64,000 nt of DNA from Octopus sinensis (taxonomy: Eukaryota). Below are positions 36,305-49,728 of the stretch, in pieces. The stretch is taken from contig NC_043011.1 of the NCBI RefSeq assembly GCF_006345805.1, positions 18,922,464 through 18,986,463 of the forward strand, in the 5' to 3' direction. Position 1 is the stretch's first letter; each line of letters starts with the position of its first letter. The notes beneath the pieces were generated by a model that was not told the DNA's origin, did no database searches, and saw only the letters and a program-made list of their open reading frames with translations. Both the position numbers and the translations under genes were made by a program.

Positions 36305-39300
36305 CATAGATACATATATGTGCGTATGAGTGTAGACTGGTTAGTTACATTTGTATGCGTATATATATATTAAATTCGAAGAATATTTTATAATGCTTCA
36401 ACCATCTCAATATCAATTGTATATAGAAGAAAAGAAGACAAAAATATTGGCAATCATTATGTTATGTTGAAAATAAAGTGAATTTATATGTTAATATAAT
36501 TGTACAAAATATAGTTAGCCTTCAAATTAAAATTTAAAATGAATTTTGTTCATCAAAACAATTACAAAATTTGCCAACAAATATTCCAATAGAATTTTAT
36601 AAACATAACAGACAAAGTAATTAAGCAAATGAATAATTCATAATTGGCAAAAACGATATTTCAGGCTGGCATAGAGAATTTGATTGTGAATATGAATATT
36701 TAATGAATTATAATCTATTATTGTATATATTTTGAAGCTGATTGAATCCGCTACTGCGATATTAGGTTTAGGTTAACACTTTTGACCACATACATTTATC
36801 TATCAAACAGTTTCATTGGAAAGATGAGGTAGTAGAAACCATACAACACAAGACAACACGCATATGCAGCATGTATATACATGTGTGTGCTTGTATGTGT
36901 GTGTGTATGTGTGTATGTGTGTATGTTGTATGTGCGTGTGTGTGAGAGAGACAAGACGAAAGAAATTGGTATGTCTGTATGTGTTAGTGTTCGTTGGTGG
37001 ATTTCCGTTGTCCGCCGGTGAGGATTGAATTCTTGTAAGTGACTGAGTATTCCTGAATCAGTTGTATGAAAACAAACAAATCACGGGCAAGCGAATATCT
37101 TTTTCTCAATAAATGGTTCTATAAATAGTCGAACTAGCCTTCCACCAACTTTATTTTATAAACAGAAGATATGAATTTATCGAGATTCGCTATACCGATG
37201 ATAGCGAAATCATGTGATAATGGAATGTTTCGAAATACTATGAATATACATCCCACTTTCATTTCATGCCATGCTTCTTACTAAAATCTCCTGAAAACGT
37301 TTCAAGAACAATTGTTCAAAACGAAAATATTGATATACTTTAAAACACATTAAAATATTCCTGCTTTGATGCGTCTTTTATCCAATAAGGTAAGAAATGT
37401 AGTACGATATCTTAATGCATCCCTATAACTTTAGAGTACACGAGGCGACACAATAATCACTGGACCGCATTGATGATCCCACAGAGAATAAAAGTTACGT
37501 TTTTAGGCAGTTATATATGGCATCTAAAATAAAAGAGTACATCATACAAGATTAAAATTAAGCTCCTAGAAGAGTCTAGATCATACCACTAGGCAAAAGT
37601 TACTCGGCAAGGAGGGGAAGCATCGTAAAAAAATCACTTGACCCAAAAGGCTCCTATACGTGATGGGTAAGCTCTACGTGCTAACATGAGAGGAAATTCA
37701 TGAGGGAGTCATGGAAATCCCCGTTTATTGAACTGTGATGGAAAGTCTTACGTAAGCATAAACATACATAAGCATATGTAGACTTAACTGGAACGGGTCA
37801 AAGGGAAATAATTACTTTTGGACTAGAAGGGATTTTCACTTCATGCAATTTGTTTTCAGGAGTTTATCTCACAACCCTGATTGACTAAGATTGTATTCTT
37901 ATCTCCATTAATGATATAAATTTAATAGAGACGTTCTATATACTAATATCTATAATAAACACTTTAAGCCTTGCTTTTTATTTGAACATTAAGGTATTCC
38001 ACACTTCACTTAACATCGTGGGTATCTCCCTCATTTTGATTTATATCGAAATATTTGTCCTTGCCAAGCAGACATCCTTTAACATTGCTAGCGCTCTCAT
38101 TCCTATCATCCCAAGCAAAAATTCAAAAAAAATCCCTGACGTTCATTTGAATTTATCAGTTTTAAAATGTTCATTATGAATTTTTATCGGCTGTATGAGA
38201 AATATCCAATGTTTTACGACACAATATGTTAAGCAGTTTGCTTATTACTTTCTCATCCGCAGGAATGACGAACTTATGGGGGTTTTATGTACGCCGATAA
38301 TTTCTCATTTACTAAATGATTGTATAGAGACAAGCTTATCAGTACATGAACATGTACGCAAACACAACTGCACTCACACAGACGCACACACAAATTCGAA
38401 ATTGAAATTCAGTTTCTTATCTAATGTGAGGCATGCGTGGCATGAACATCTCGTGAATAATTAGGTTTAAATTATACGTATCCATGGGGCTATACGTATC
38501 CATAGTGTACATTATGTACACTATCCCTGGGAAATATTATTTCTAGGGACTCTTTTCTACACCAGATTCGTTGTTGCATCGTTTTTAATTTGCAGGATAC
38601 AGAGCAAGAAATCTTGATATGTTAAGTACGTTTATTAACACTTACAAGGTTTTCCCGCCGATGAACGAACACGTCTAATAGCTGAATAGTCCCGAAGTCT
38701 CGAAAATAATCATGGACGACTACGTAAACTGTAAATATAATGTAGAGTTTTTGTTAGTTTTAATCATTTTGCAATTGTCAGAGTTTACGTAGCACGATCG
38801 TAGTCCGCATGGGAACCTGTTGTGTTATTGTGAAACTCCAACCAACTTCAGCTTGCCGTTGACAACAATAAAGAAGAACTATCACGTCGAGTACCTGGAA
38901 ACTAGGAATGACACATGCGATTCATATACCCGCGAAAAAACAAAGGGTGCATAACAAACTGAATAGGATGAACTCAAACAATTCGAAGTTACTCGATGAC
39001 GCAATAATGTGGCTGAAAAATGTCAGGCACAATATGATGCATATCTGTGAGTAAAATAAGATAAGAATATGACAATATACGTTAAAGCAAGTAAGCAATG
39101 TATATTTTGAAGAAGCGAAACGAAATGCACTTTTATGAACGGATTAACAAAGAAGAACCTTCAATATATAGTGCTGACATATCTTATGTACGCTCGGACA
39201 TGGAAAAACTGCCACATGAGTGAACGAGTAATTTGAAACGAGTTACTCCAATGACTTTTGAGCCTGATCACTTGGAATTAATATACAACATTTTATGTAT

Positions 39301-40565
39301 AATTGCAGTAACTTTTCCTGCCTTGGAAATGTTCAGAATTGTTATTAAATGGAATTAAATTAAATTCCATTGCAAATTAATATTTAAATGTTAATTATTC
39401 TGGTTCGATATCTAAAAAAAAAATGCTCTTTGATTCCTTAGGTTTTGTTTGTAATGTTTGTAATAACTAATGTGGTTGCTATTCTATCTAAAATGTAATA
39501 TTTAATTACAAATTCTTTTGATGTAATATTTTAAAAAATCCTTTAATTCATTATGTTCTGTTGTGATCGAAATACTACAGGGGTTAATTGTAAATTTATA
39601 TTTAAGTGTAATTATTATTCAACCTTTGTAACATAACTTTCTGGCATAACAATACGTATTCTTAAAATTTGGCTTTCATGTTCAATATACATGGAATAGC
39701 AGATAGCATTTTGTGGTTGGCAATGTTAGCAAATGAGTACTATATGTGAGTTTATATATTTCTCCCATCCACATTATTGAAAATTCAAGAGAAACGCGTA
39801 AGCATATATTAAAAGTATTTGATGGAAGCCAATATAAACCAAACAAAACATTCACATCAAACTATTACGTTTGTTTTCACCTCTCTTAAGAAGTACAACA
39901 TTTTTGAGATGACAAAATACAAGATGATAACAAGTGGAATAAATAATAACATGTGGCTACTATAGAAAATCGATTCAAAGATAAGAATAAAATTGAAATG
40001 TGTCTGAAGCAAACTTTAAACGTATATATGATGATAAATTAATAACGAATTCAATTTCTGAAGTGCAAAGGAAAGATGTAGAAAAACAAATTTAAAAGCA
40101 GCAAGAAATATCGTATGGTAAAATGATAATGTTCTTTGATTTCCTCAAGAAAATCATAATTGTTATAATTAGAAATATTTAAGACTACGAAATTTGGCTC
40201 AATCAAAGCGAGTGTAAGTTAAGCTAGCCAACTTAAGTGATATTTAAAAAAAAGGAGATTTAACAATTAAGACAAAACTTGTTGGAGGAGGTGATCGTAG
40301 AAGTTTAATTTTTGCTTAAGAAAATTAGAGATAGAATGGTAAAATTTACTATAATTTTAAATATTATCTGTATGTATGATTAAACGTGTGTGCATTCATG
40401 ATTACAGTTACGCGACCGGTAACTTGCATTTGAGCTAAAGTGATATAGCAATAGATATGTGTGAAATTAAGTGCAGGATTATATTGACTAACGATATATA
40501 AGTTAATCCTATGGCTGATGTAAATAGCCTCGAGATCTAATGAATAATTATTTCTACACCAGTCA

Positions 40566-40655
40566 CGAAACTTTGAAGAGTTTGGGGGAAGGGTTATAGA
40601 CGATTACATCGACCCCAGTGAGGAACTGGTAATTTATTTCATCAACCCAGAAAGG
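40566..40655 (-). mobile_element. Fragment of the 21882 SINE family
   Basis: Reverse complement ctttctgggttgatgaaataaattaccagttcctcactggggtcgatgtaatcg matches 21990-22050. Confidence 0.6.
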
Positions 40656-40689
40656 TCACTGTCTTTGTCGGAATATATGTCCTTTCATT

Positions 40690-42153
40690 AATCCAGTCTT
40701 CTTTCTGGAAGTAAACGGGGGTCAATATAGAGATGACGTCGTATTTTTGGCTGGGCAGATGTAGCAAAGAACTATTAGAGAGATATAGTCTTAGAGAGAT
40801 ATAGTCTTTAGACTATTTAAAAAACATTATCATGGGTAAAGATTATCGTGGTGTGAAGTTTTCTGATCCTAAATTGTGCCTTGATTATGGATTATTTGAC
40901 CATTTCATAAGCCAAATGATCATAAGGGCATTAATGTAGTATCCAAACATTGACCCTCGATAATATGGGGAGTAGTTAAGAATAAATCTCCAATAATTTC
41001 TAGATTATCTGCTAATAATAAAGTTTCCAAATCACATGCAACTTATAATAGTGCTCTAGCTAGGGCTGGATACCGTGAAAAAATTAAATGTATACAAGAA
41101 GCATGCATACACAACACTGATCATTGCTCCAATAATAATACATATTGTACACCAACAGAACGTCACGGTTTGAGAACTTATTCAGATAGAGAATATAGGC
41201 CAGGAAGAAGTGGTCATGTCATTGAACTACGGAAGTCATGGACACACGTTACATAATAATGCAACTGTCTGTTCCAATCCTGTACAACACACCGAACAAA
41301 TATGCATAAAAACAGATACAGGAATCAGGATATCCTCTGGTTCAACCTGATTTTCGATTCGCATGTTTCAACCAAGGTCGCTGGAAAATATTTTGCTGCT
41401 TTGGATAAATGTTGTCTTAAATCTAATCGGTATCAGGTAAATTTTAATCGGCACAACGTGGAGATGTCCTACGCCAACTCTGCTAACCAAGAGCAGCTTG
41501 TGAATCGCATAAACAATAGTAAAATATGGAAATGGTTCAATAACCCAACTACTGGATCTAGCGAACATATTCATCTAAATCCTAACACAGGAGATGTAAA
41601 CCGCAATGACAAACACCAATTACAACCACATTGTAGCAGTAGAAATACTTATGACACAGCCATCACAGCAACAACGTCGGTGAATGGAGTGGGGACTGCC
41701 TTATATGCAAATAAATGCAAGAAATGCTCATGCAGAGAAAGTTCAAAATTTTCTTCGATGAATCTCAGAATGGGTATAAATTCTGTGCATAAATGTACCG
41801 TGCACACAAGGAGAGATTCGTATGTTTCCTTTGGGCAGACAGCTGATTCATTTAAGAACCGTTATCGTAACCATATCACTAGCTTTAGGACAATCAATAA
41901 GAGACGTTCAACATCTTTGACTGATTTTGTATGGCGACTGAAGGAGCAGAAGATGAAGTACAGCATAACATGGTCCAAAGTAAAGAGCGCAAAACCATAC
42001 AATATAATTTCTATGAAATGCTGTCTCTGCTCCGAGGAATCCCTCTCTGTTCTGTGGACTAAGGAGATCATTAATAGAATTTCTGAAAGACTCTCGAGAT
42101 GCCGACACGCATATAATTGTACTTTCGCACAATGCAGTTGGAATGAATTCTGA
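40690..42153 (+). mobile_element. 5'-truncated Penelope-like element with C-terminal GIY-YIG, resembling the Hydra clade
   Basis: YRDD at 40726-40737; decayed RT6/7 and thumb (HKPND, YNSALARAGY). ORF 41302-42153 has ILWFN, FNRHNVEMSY, CSC, GQTADSFKNRYRNH, CCLC and terminal CRH. Clade label is from recalled motif patterns. Confidence 0.8.
41302..42153 (+). CDS. 283-aa ORF: PLE thumb/linker plus degenerate GIY-YIG endonuclease
   Basis: Longest ORF in the window (frame open from 41260). The YIG motif is altered to SFG, so activity is doubtful. Confidence 0.55.
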   Translation: MHKNRYRNQDILWFNLIFDSHVSTKVAGKYFAALDKCCLKSNRYQVNFNRHNVEMSYANSANQEQLVNRINNSKIWKWFNNPTTGSSEHIHLNPNTGDVNRNDKHQLQPHCSSRNTYDTAITATTSVNGVGTALYANKCKKCSCRESSKFSSMNLRMGINSVHKCTVHTRRDSYVSFGQTADSFKNRYRNHITSFRTINKRRSTSLTDFVWRLKEQKMKYSITWSKVKSAKPYNIISMKCCLCSEESLSVLWTKEIINRISERLSRCRHAYNCTFAQCSWNEF

Positions 42154-43699
42154 GTAACCGTTGGACGTATTTTAAATTACTTAATGTATGGGCCATTTAA
42201 ATTTACTTTTAACCTCCCCATTCTTACAAACACCGAGTAGATAGTTGACACACGTTGTGATTATGAGTGCACTATCCCTCGCGTGTGCATATGCTCACAT
42301 TTTCGCCAATGCTTGTATGAGTGAGTGTACTCGCGCCATGGAGCTTGCCCGAGGCCGTTTATATGTCCATATTTGTTAACGGTTATTTTAAAGACTTTTT
42401 CTCACTGTATTGCGCGTTCGTTTCTCTTTTTTTTCCCTATCTGTGTTTTTCTTTAAATTTTTGATCTTCTATATAAATGAAGATATTTCCTGTTTGATTG
42501 TTTTTCTTTCTACAAAATATTGCGGAACTGTTATTTTAACGACTATTTAACACCCGACGAGATACATCTGCACCACCGGATGCTCCTGAACCAGTTGTTG
42601 AGTGTCCCACCCATGAGTGACCCACGCTAGATGCGTTGAAAAGAATGTCCTGATTAATAAATTCTTGTATATCTCGTATAATGTAAACCATTCGTTTCAT
42701 CAACCAATATAGATATATATGCGCGCGCGTGTGTGTGTGTGTGTGCGGACAGACCATGCGCATGCGCTTCAATATGTCTGTACTTTGATAATTGTGTGTT
42801 AATATATCTGTAGTCATGCTCTTGTTTATTCTGTAACACATTTACCTTTCTACATATTGCACCGTATTTCTGGTCCTCATGTTACAGGCTAAATCGTAAA
42901 CGTCTGTTCCCTTAAAGATTGTAGTCCAATGATTTAAAGGGATAATTCAATATACTTTTATATATTATAGAATCAGTTTAGAAACCGTCATTATATTCAG
43001 CGCTATATCGTATTATCAAGTCTTTTCACATACCCGATTTTTTTAGATGTGTAACCAACGCGGCATTTCAATCGTTATAATGTAGCCTAATATTTGGTAT
43101 GTTATGTCTGTGGTTTATTGAACATGGTAAATTAGTAATATAATCTCAATGAACAGTAGAGAATCTTAGATATTAAACGTGAGTCTCTCTGTATATATTT
43201 ACGAATCTGAGGTTGCACACAGCGACATAGCACACTTATATTTAGTATGTGGAAATGAAATTGCTATTAATAAATATTCAGACAACTTTATAAGCATTTA
43301 TGGAAACATTCAATTTCATTTATTATTAAGTAATACCAAATATATCCGATATTGTATAATCATGCGTATCCTTGCAATCGTATTTTCAATAAGCACATAA
43401 TTAGATCGATAGAAATATAGATAAGTGAAAAATATATTAGTCCAAGTTCCAAATTATTGATAGGGTCGTGCAAATATTTTACATGCCGATTTATAAAGAC
43501 ATGTTATCGAGAATATGCTGATCTAATCAAACGTCTATATTTCATTCTCTCTACTCCAACAAACTGGGAACACGTAAGAAATATTTCTGTACGAATGAAA
43601 CAACGATAATAGTTGACATCAAACAATTTACAACAATCTATTTGAAGTTTTTACATATCGATAATATAAATGTAATTACTTAGTTTTAATTAAAAGAAA

Positions 43700-46697
43700 C
43701 TTTACAGATTTGATGAAGTTAGAAACTAGACTAAGATCATTCTGGGAAGTACAAACAATCGAAGTTTTCCCTCAGGCTGGACTCAACTTTTCCACAAACG
43801 GAAGACATATGCATGTATAAAAAATATCACCTTAAAATACAATTACAGAAAGAATCACACACAATCCTGAGCAACAAATGTACAAAATTGATACGAAAGA
43901 CCACAAGTTAAGAGAAAAAATGTCCTCGGATATATCAATAGATATAAAAGGAAAACTTTGAAAAATCATTTTTTAGATTCAACCGACATAGTTCTCGACA
44001 CCAGATGGTATAAAGCGGGGATAATTAACCTAGCGAAAAAAAAGCTGCCTTATTAGAAGAAATTAATATTTTGTCTAAGGGCCTAAAATTTACACCAACA
44101 CCGCAGCACCCTAATTCCAATGAAACACAGAACGATATTTCTCAGTTCTGCAGAAAACTACGCCTAGCAGAAAAATGGTGTACGACAATGAATTCAGGGA
44201 CGATTCAATTGTAAGAAACAAGAGCAATTACAAGCCTACAAAAGATAAGAATAAAGCTTTAGATAAATTTTATAAAGAACTTCCATACCCTAAGATCAAG
44301 CCCAATACAGGTCGAAGGAAATGGGAAACAATAACGACATTATACTTAAAGAAACAGATAAGGGAGGTGTACTAGTTATTCTGGATGTTGAACACTACAA
44401 AAGAGATATACTATATATATATTACAAGATATGACCCATTACGAAACGATAAATAATTACCAAAAATCAAAGACAATGATTAGCCATAACGCTCTAATTC
44501 ACAGACATCAAAAGGGTTTGACAAAGCTGTGACCACCTAACCCATTTTGATTGCAGGACAAGCTACTTCTATTGTCTACCAAAAATGCCTAAGAATCAAA
44601 TTATTAAGAAAGCATGTAAAGAACCAACTTCGAGTTACATAAACATAACTATCCCACCGACCTTAAATTTAGGCGAATCGCAGCAGGTGTGAACTGTGAA
44701 ACACGCACAACGGAGCAACTTTTTAGATATATTACTGAAACCTATTCTGAAATACATACCAAGTCATGTTAAAACAGCTCCCAAAATCAATAAACAAAGA
44801 TTCCACTATTGTATCCTTTGATGCGGTAAACATATATACCACAATCCCACACCAATATAGACTAGAGGCAATACATTTCTATCTTTAAAAAATTCTGGCA
44901 GGAAATTCCGGACTGAAAGGAATATAATCACTGAAGGCTTAAAATTTATCGTAGGAAACCATTTTTTGATTTCGAAGACAATATTTACAAACAAATATCT
45001 GGAGACAAAAGTTGTTCCGACTTACGCCAATCTAGTCATGACATACATGAAGGTTCAGATGTATGAACGATCTACATTAACAGATGGCTTGAACTTCTAC
45101 AAATATCTACTACGGAACTGGAAGTGTTACTTAGATGGCTGCCTAATTCTATGAACGTACACATTTGAACAACTTATGGATGTGAGAAATTTAATCAACA
45201 GCATAAGCAATGATATTAAGTTTCCCATGGAAAAAAAGTAAAGCTCAACTACTATTTGTGCCTATACTAATCATTAAAAGAGATAAAATCATTAAAACAG
45301 ACATTCACTAAAAACAGATTCTAAACTATACTCCTCATCTCATCCCCAACACACGAAGAATAATATCCCAATTAATCTAACAAAAAGAATCTGCTCAGTT
45401 GTCTCAAACCCTGAAACTCGCAATTAAAGACTCCAGGAACTAAAACAAGTACTACTTAAAAGACAATATCCATTAATGTTAATAGACAACGGAATAGAAA
45501 GTGTCAAAGCAATAAATATCGAAGAACTGCAGCAAACGAAAAGTGTTTTTCAGACATCCAATAATCAAGCGTTTATTACAACACGTAGCCCAAAAAGGAG
45601 AGAGGCTTACAATATTATCTACCAGAACGACACGCTACTAAAACAAGACGCAGGAATGAAATAGGAATTCGAAATACACTAAATAGTCAAATGTAAAATA
45701 CATTCAAAGTCACAAGAGTTAAATTACCTTCCATAATTCCTACACCATCAGACAAAGAATGCAGCCCCACAATTACAGAGCCTGCATAAATCTTATTGAA
45801 GACACAATAAACAAATTCAAATCAGGACTAACGTTTACCGCAAAATACCACATTACATCTTCTTCAAAGTATTTAATATATGCTATCAAATGTCAAGGAC
45901 GTAATGAAGATTACATGGGTCACACAAATCTTACACTAAGAAATAGACTGACCATTTACTGACAACAAATAGGGAAGCTAGTACTAGATAGATTCCACTG
46001 AGTGGTCACATAGACACGTGAAAAATAAGTCTCGTAAATTCCAGGCATTCCATTTGTACTTCTGTTCAGCGAAAACTACAAATGAAGCACGGATAAAGAA
46101 AGAACATACTTTCATGCAAAAGTACAAACCAAGACTTAGTAAATTTTAACAGAGCACATACACAAATTATTCACGAACAAAATTCATTCCGCCACTTACC
46201 ATCGGCAAGTTACACAGCTAACAACCTAAGTTGGAGCCAGTGCACTGCATACAAACGATTCCTATCCACTCTCCCACCAGACAGATTAAAATTAGAGTGC
46301 CTTCATTATATTTAAACATGTTCATTCAACATTGTCGGCCTTCTTTCTAGGCGCAAATTACACTGTTACATGTCACTAACGCACTGACGTACCGAGACAG
46401 ATACAAAACATTATAATCTTAATGATGTGTTTATTCTCAACAAGCACTAGCCAGAAAACATTCAGAAATTTGATTGTTTGAACCTGTTCAGTCAACTCTG
46501 TCAGGCTTAACTTACGACGCCAAATATTACCACTTGATACTAACGTACGGACGTAACGCGGACCCTACGAAATTTTCTGAGATCAGTCATGTGACTATAC
46601 TCTGCCAATCAAATCCTATCAAATCATATAGTAATTTGAACCATGAACTCCCTATATAAATAGGGCAAAAATCATACACTAGTCGGAAGCAAGACAC
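43700..46697 (+). mobile_element. Near full-length decayed Penelope-like element (Neptune-like): RT plus GIY-YIG, ending at (TA)n
   Basis: KGLKFTPTP (44077-44103), DKGG (44357-44368), YCLPK, VSFD (Asp at 44820), PTYANLVM, YLDG instead of YLDD (45128-45139), HPQHTKNNIP, YLIYAIKCQGRNEDYMG, PLSGHIDT. Many stops and frameshifts; 5' boundary uncertain. Confidence 0.9.
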
Positions 46698-46925
<228 letters not shown>

Positions 46926-47142
46926 AGGATTCGTACAATCATGTGGGTATCACAAAAATCACTTCTACCGTTCTCCAATATCAGACCGACATAGTAACAA
47001 TTCTGCAAATCAGATGTAATAATAAATATGCTAATTAAGTGCGTTAATGACGTTCAATAATATAGTCAACACTCATGTTTTTTGACATTTTATGGCATAT
47101 ATTATATATATGTATATATATTATATATATATATATATATTT

Positions 47143-47178
<36 letters not shown>

Positions 47179-47638
47179 GGATTCCTTCATAGAGTAACTG
47201 CCTCCTTTTCTGGAAACTGTCAGATCGCAATGAGGTTAAAAAATCGATTAAGGTTATTCAGCAATTTATCAGTCTGCGGAAAAATGGTTAAAATTCACCC
47301 TGTCTATAATTATACCATATATTTTATAAATATATATATATATACGTGTGTGTGTGTATGTGTGTGTGTGCGTGTGAAAATGTGTTGTGGAAAATGCACT
47401 TAAGTATTTCATTTTGTAAACATTGAAACATTTTGATTTGTTAAAATTGAAACTTATAACGTTATTTTTTCTAATTTTACACTTTTACCATTGATAAACA
47501 AAAAATATTGTTGAAACTAGTTTGGTATATATGTAAATAAATGCATTTTAAACATTTACGAGCTTTTGAAATTTAAGTGCATTTTCAACAACTCATTTTC
47601 CTATATTTTTTCCTGTGTGGAAACACGACTCCCTCTTT

Positions 47639-47640
<2 letters not shown>

Positions 47641-47710
<70 letters not shown>

Positions 47711-47766
47711 ATATATATATATATATTATATATATTATATATATATTATATAATATATATGTATAT

Positions 47767-47824
<58 letters not shown>

Positions 47825-47876
47825 ATATATATATGTATATGTATATATACATATGTATATGTATATATATACATAT
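47641..47876. repeat. (TA)n/(TATG) array
   Basis: Directly visible. Confidence 0.95.
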
Positions 47877-48056
47877 AATTGCGGCGTGGAAGATGTTTGT
47901 AAGCCATTTAAGAAACACAAAACCCATCCGATTCACTTCAACATTTAAGTTTAATTTGTCAAAATGTTTTCGTCGCTGAAATCCGCGACCTGTTTACTGA
48001 CAAAAGTCCGTGCTGCATCTCTTAAATGGCTTACAAACAACTTCCACGCTGCAATT
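47877..48056. repeat. 37-bp inverted repeat with 106-bp spacer
   Basis: 47877-47913 vs 48020-48056, 2 mismatches. Confidence 0.92.
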
Positions 48057-48120
48057 GTTTTCGTTCCAGCACACGATCTCAGATCAAATCACTTGCTATG
48101 CGAGTACATCTCCGTAATAT

Positions 48121-48155
<35 letters not shown>

Positions 48156-48400
48156 GGCATACATACATATATACACACATACACACATATATATATATTA
48201 TATACAATATATATATATATACATATATACACAATATATCTAATATAGGATAAAAGTTTTCGAAAGAAATTTTATCAATGGCCAGCATATTAAAAATGCC
48301 TTTAAAGGTTAAATTTATAAACAACTTATAAACAAGGGTAAAAGGAAAAAATTCTAATGCCAAATATGCCGAAAATAGACAGATTCTCAATAACTATATA

Positions 48401-48866
48401 ATTTAACACTCTAAACAAGCGCCTCGAAGCAAGCTGACAGAAATTTCTAAAAAATTCCGTTATTATCGTATCGATCACAATTTCAGAGTTAATTCAACAG
48501 AGTGAGTGAGTCCGGAAGTAAACACTATTAAATTTACATCTAATATAGGATAAAATTTTTCGTAAAAAAAATTATCCTATATTAGATGTAAATTTAATAG
48601 TGTTCACTTCCAGACTCTCTCACTATGTGAGAGTTTTCAGTTCGAATCGCACGTGTCGCGAGGTGTGCTGGATATTTTCTGTTTCGGATATATTTGAGGT
48701 ACTTATGTCTGATCATGACTTGGTGCTTGCTTTTTCCATGGCTATGGGTAAGTATTTCATTTATGTCTTACGTGTTTACTCTGAAATTCGGACCGAGGGG
48801 ATGATAACGGAATTTTTTAGAAGTTTCTGTCGGCTTGCTTCGAGGCGCGTGTTTATAGTGTTAAAT
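48401..48866. repeat. Nested inverted repeats (outer 89 bp, inner 52 bp) with an asymmetric insert
   Basis: Outer arms 48401-48489 and 48778-48866; inner arms 48502-48553 and 48572-48623 (3 mismatches). Confidence 0.9.
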
Positions 48867-48938
48867 GATAGTAACTCCCCTTATTTGCGAATAACGAAAT
48901 TACTTTCTTGCTAAACTAATATATATATATATATATAT

Positions 48939-48997
<59 letters not shown>

Positions 48998-49007
48998 ATA
49001 TATGTAT

Positions 49008-49185
49008 GTTTAATCCAAACATGAAAACACAAAGACAAAAAAAAACGACAACGTGGGGTCGTGGAACAAGTATAGTGATATTGGGAAGGAAAGAAAGGAG
49101 TATTTAACGCTTCGAGCGGGGTTCTTCGTCAGAAACGTACGAAAAGGAAAGATCCAAGGAAGGGAAGATGGAGGTAAAAATCGCC
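49008..49185 (-). mobile_element. Second copy of the 14475 repeat with a mutated minimal hammerhead
   Basis: Minus 49136-49103: gttt CTGACGA a gaaccccgctc GAAGC GTT aaat (GAAA changed to GAAG; helix II mismatch). Confidence 0.7.
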
Positions 49186-49195
49186 TATATATATA

Positions 49196-49610
49196 GGCGC
49201 AGGAGTGGCTGCGTGGTACGTAGCTTGATTACCAACCGCATGGTTGCGGGTTCCTTCCCATTGCATCAAGTGCCTTCTACTCTAGCCTCGGGCCGACAAA
49301 AGCATTGTGAGTGGATTTGATAGACGGAAACTTAAAGAAGCCCATCGCATATATGTATATGTGTGTATGTGTGTGTGTGCGTTTGTGTGTGTGTGAGTTT
49401 GTGTGTCTGTGTTTGTCCCCCAACATCAATTGACAACCGATGCTGGTGTGTTTACATCCCCGTACATCTCCGTACAGAGAGCTATAGGATAAGGACTAGG
49501 CTTCTAGAGAATAAGTCCCAGGGTAGATTTGCTCAACTAAAGGCGGTGCTCCAGCATGACCGCAGTCAAATGAGTGAAACAAGTAAAAGAGAAGAAAAGA
49601 GAAAAGAGAA
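49196..49610 (+). mobile_element. Near full-length CORE-type SINE with internal microsatellite
   Basis: Colinear with the reverse complement of 24280-24716, with a short deletion in the CORE region. Confidence 0.85.
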
Positions 49611-49690
49611 CATATATATGTATATATGTACTTATATGTGTGTGTATTTATATATATATATATATCCTTTTAGATATCAACACGATATAC

Positions 49691-49728
<38 letters not shown>

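Noticed and set aside
41302-42153. Naiad-type selenoprotein PLE
   Set aside because: The endonuclease is C-terminal to the RT here (Naiads have it N-terminal) and the ORF has no in-frame TGA.
42245-42300. Decayed hammerhead in the 3' region of the Hydra-like PLE (TGCAC/GTGCA stem)
   Set aside because: Position is plausible but neither core half is intact.
47175-47230. GAAACTGTCAGAT half-motif between (TA)n runs
   Set aside because: The 5' core and helix II are not recognisable; at best a decayed relic.
47953-48005. Three-way junction with GAAA on the minus strand
   Set aside because: The segment that should read CUGANGA is GUAAACA; not a hammerhead.
48245-48285. TTGATAA...GAAA on the minus strand as another U3-A8 hammerhead
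   Set aside because: Better explained as a simple hairpin (GATAAAA/TTTTATC) repeating the 48548-48577 palindrome centre; helices I and III do not form.
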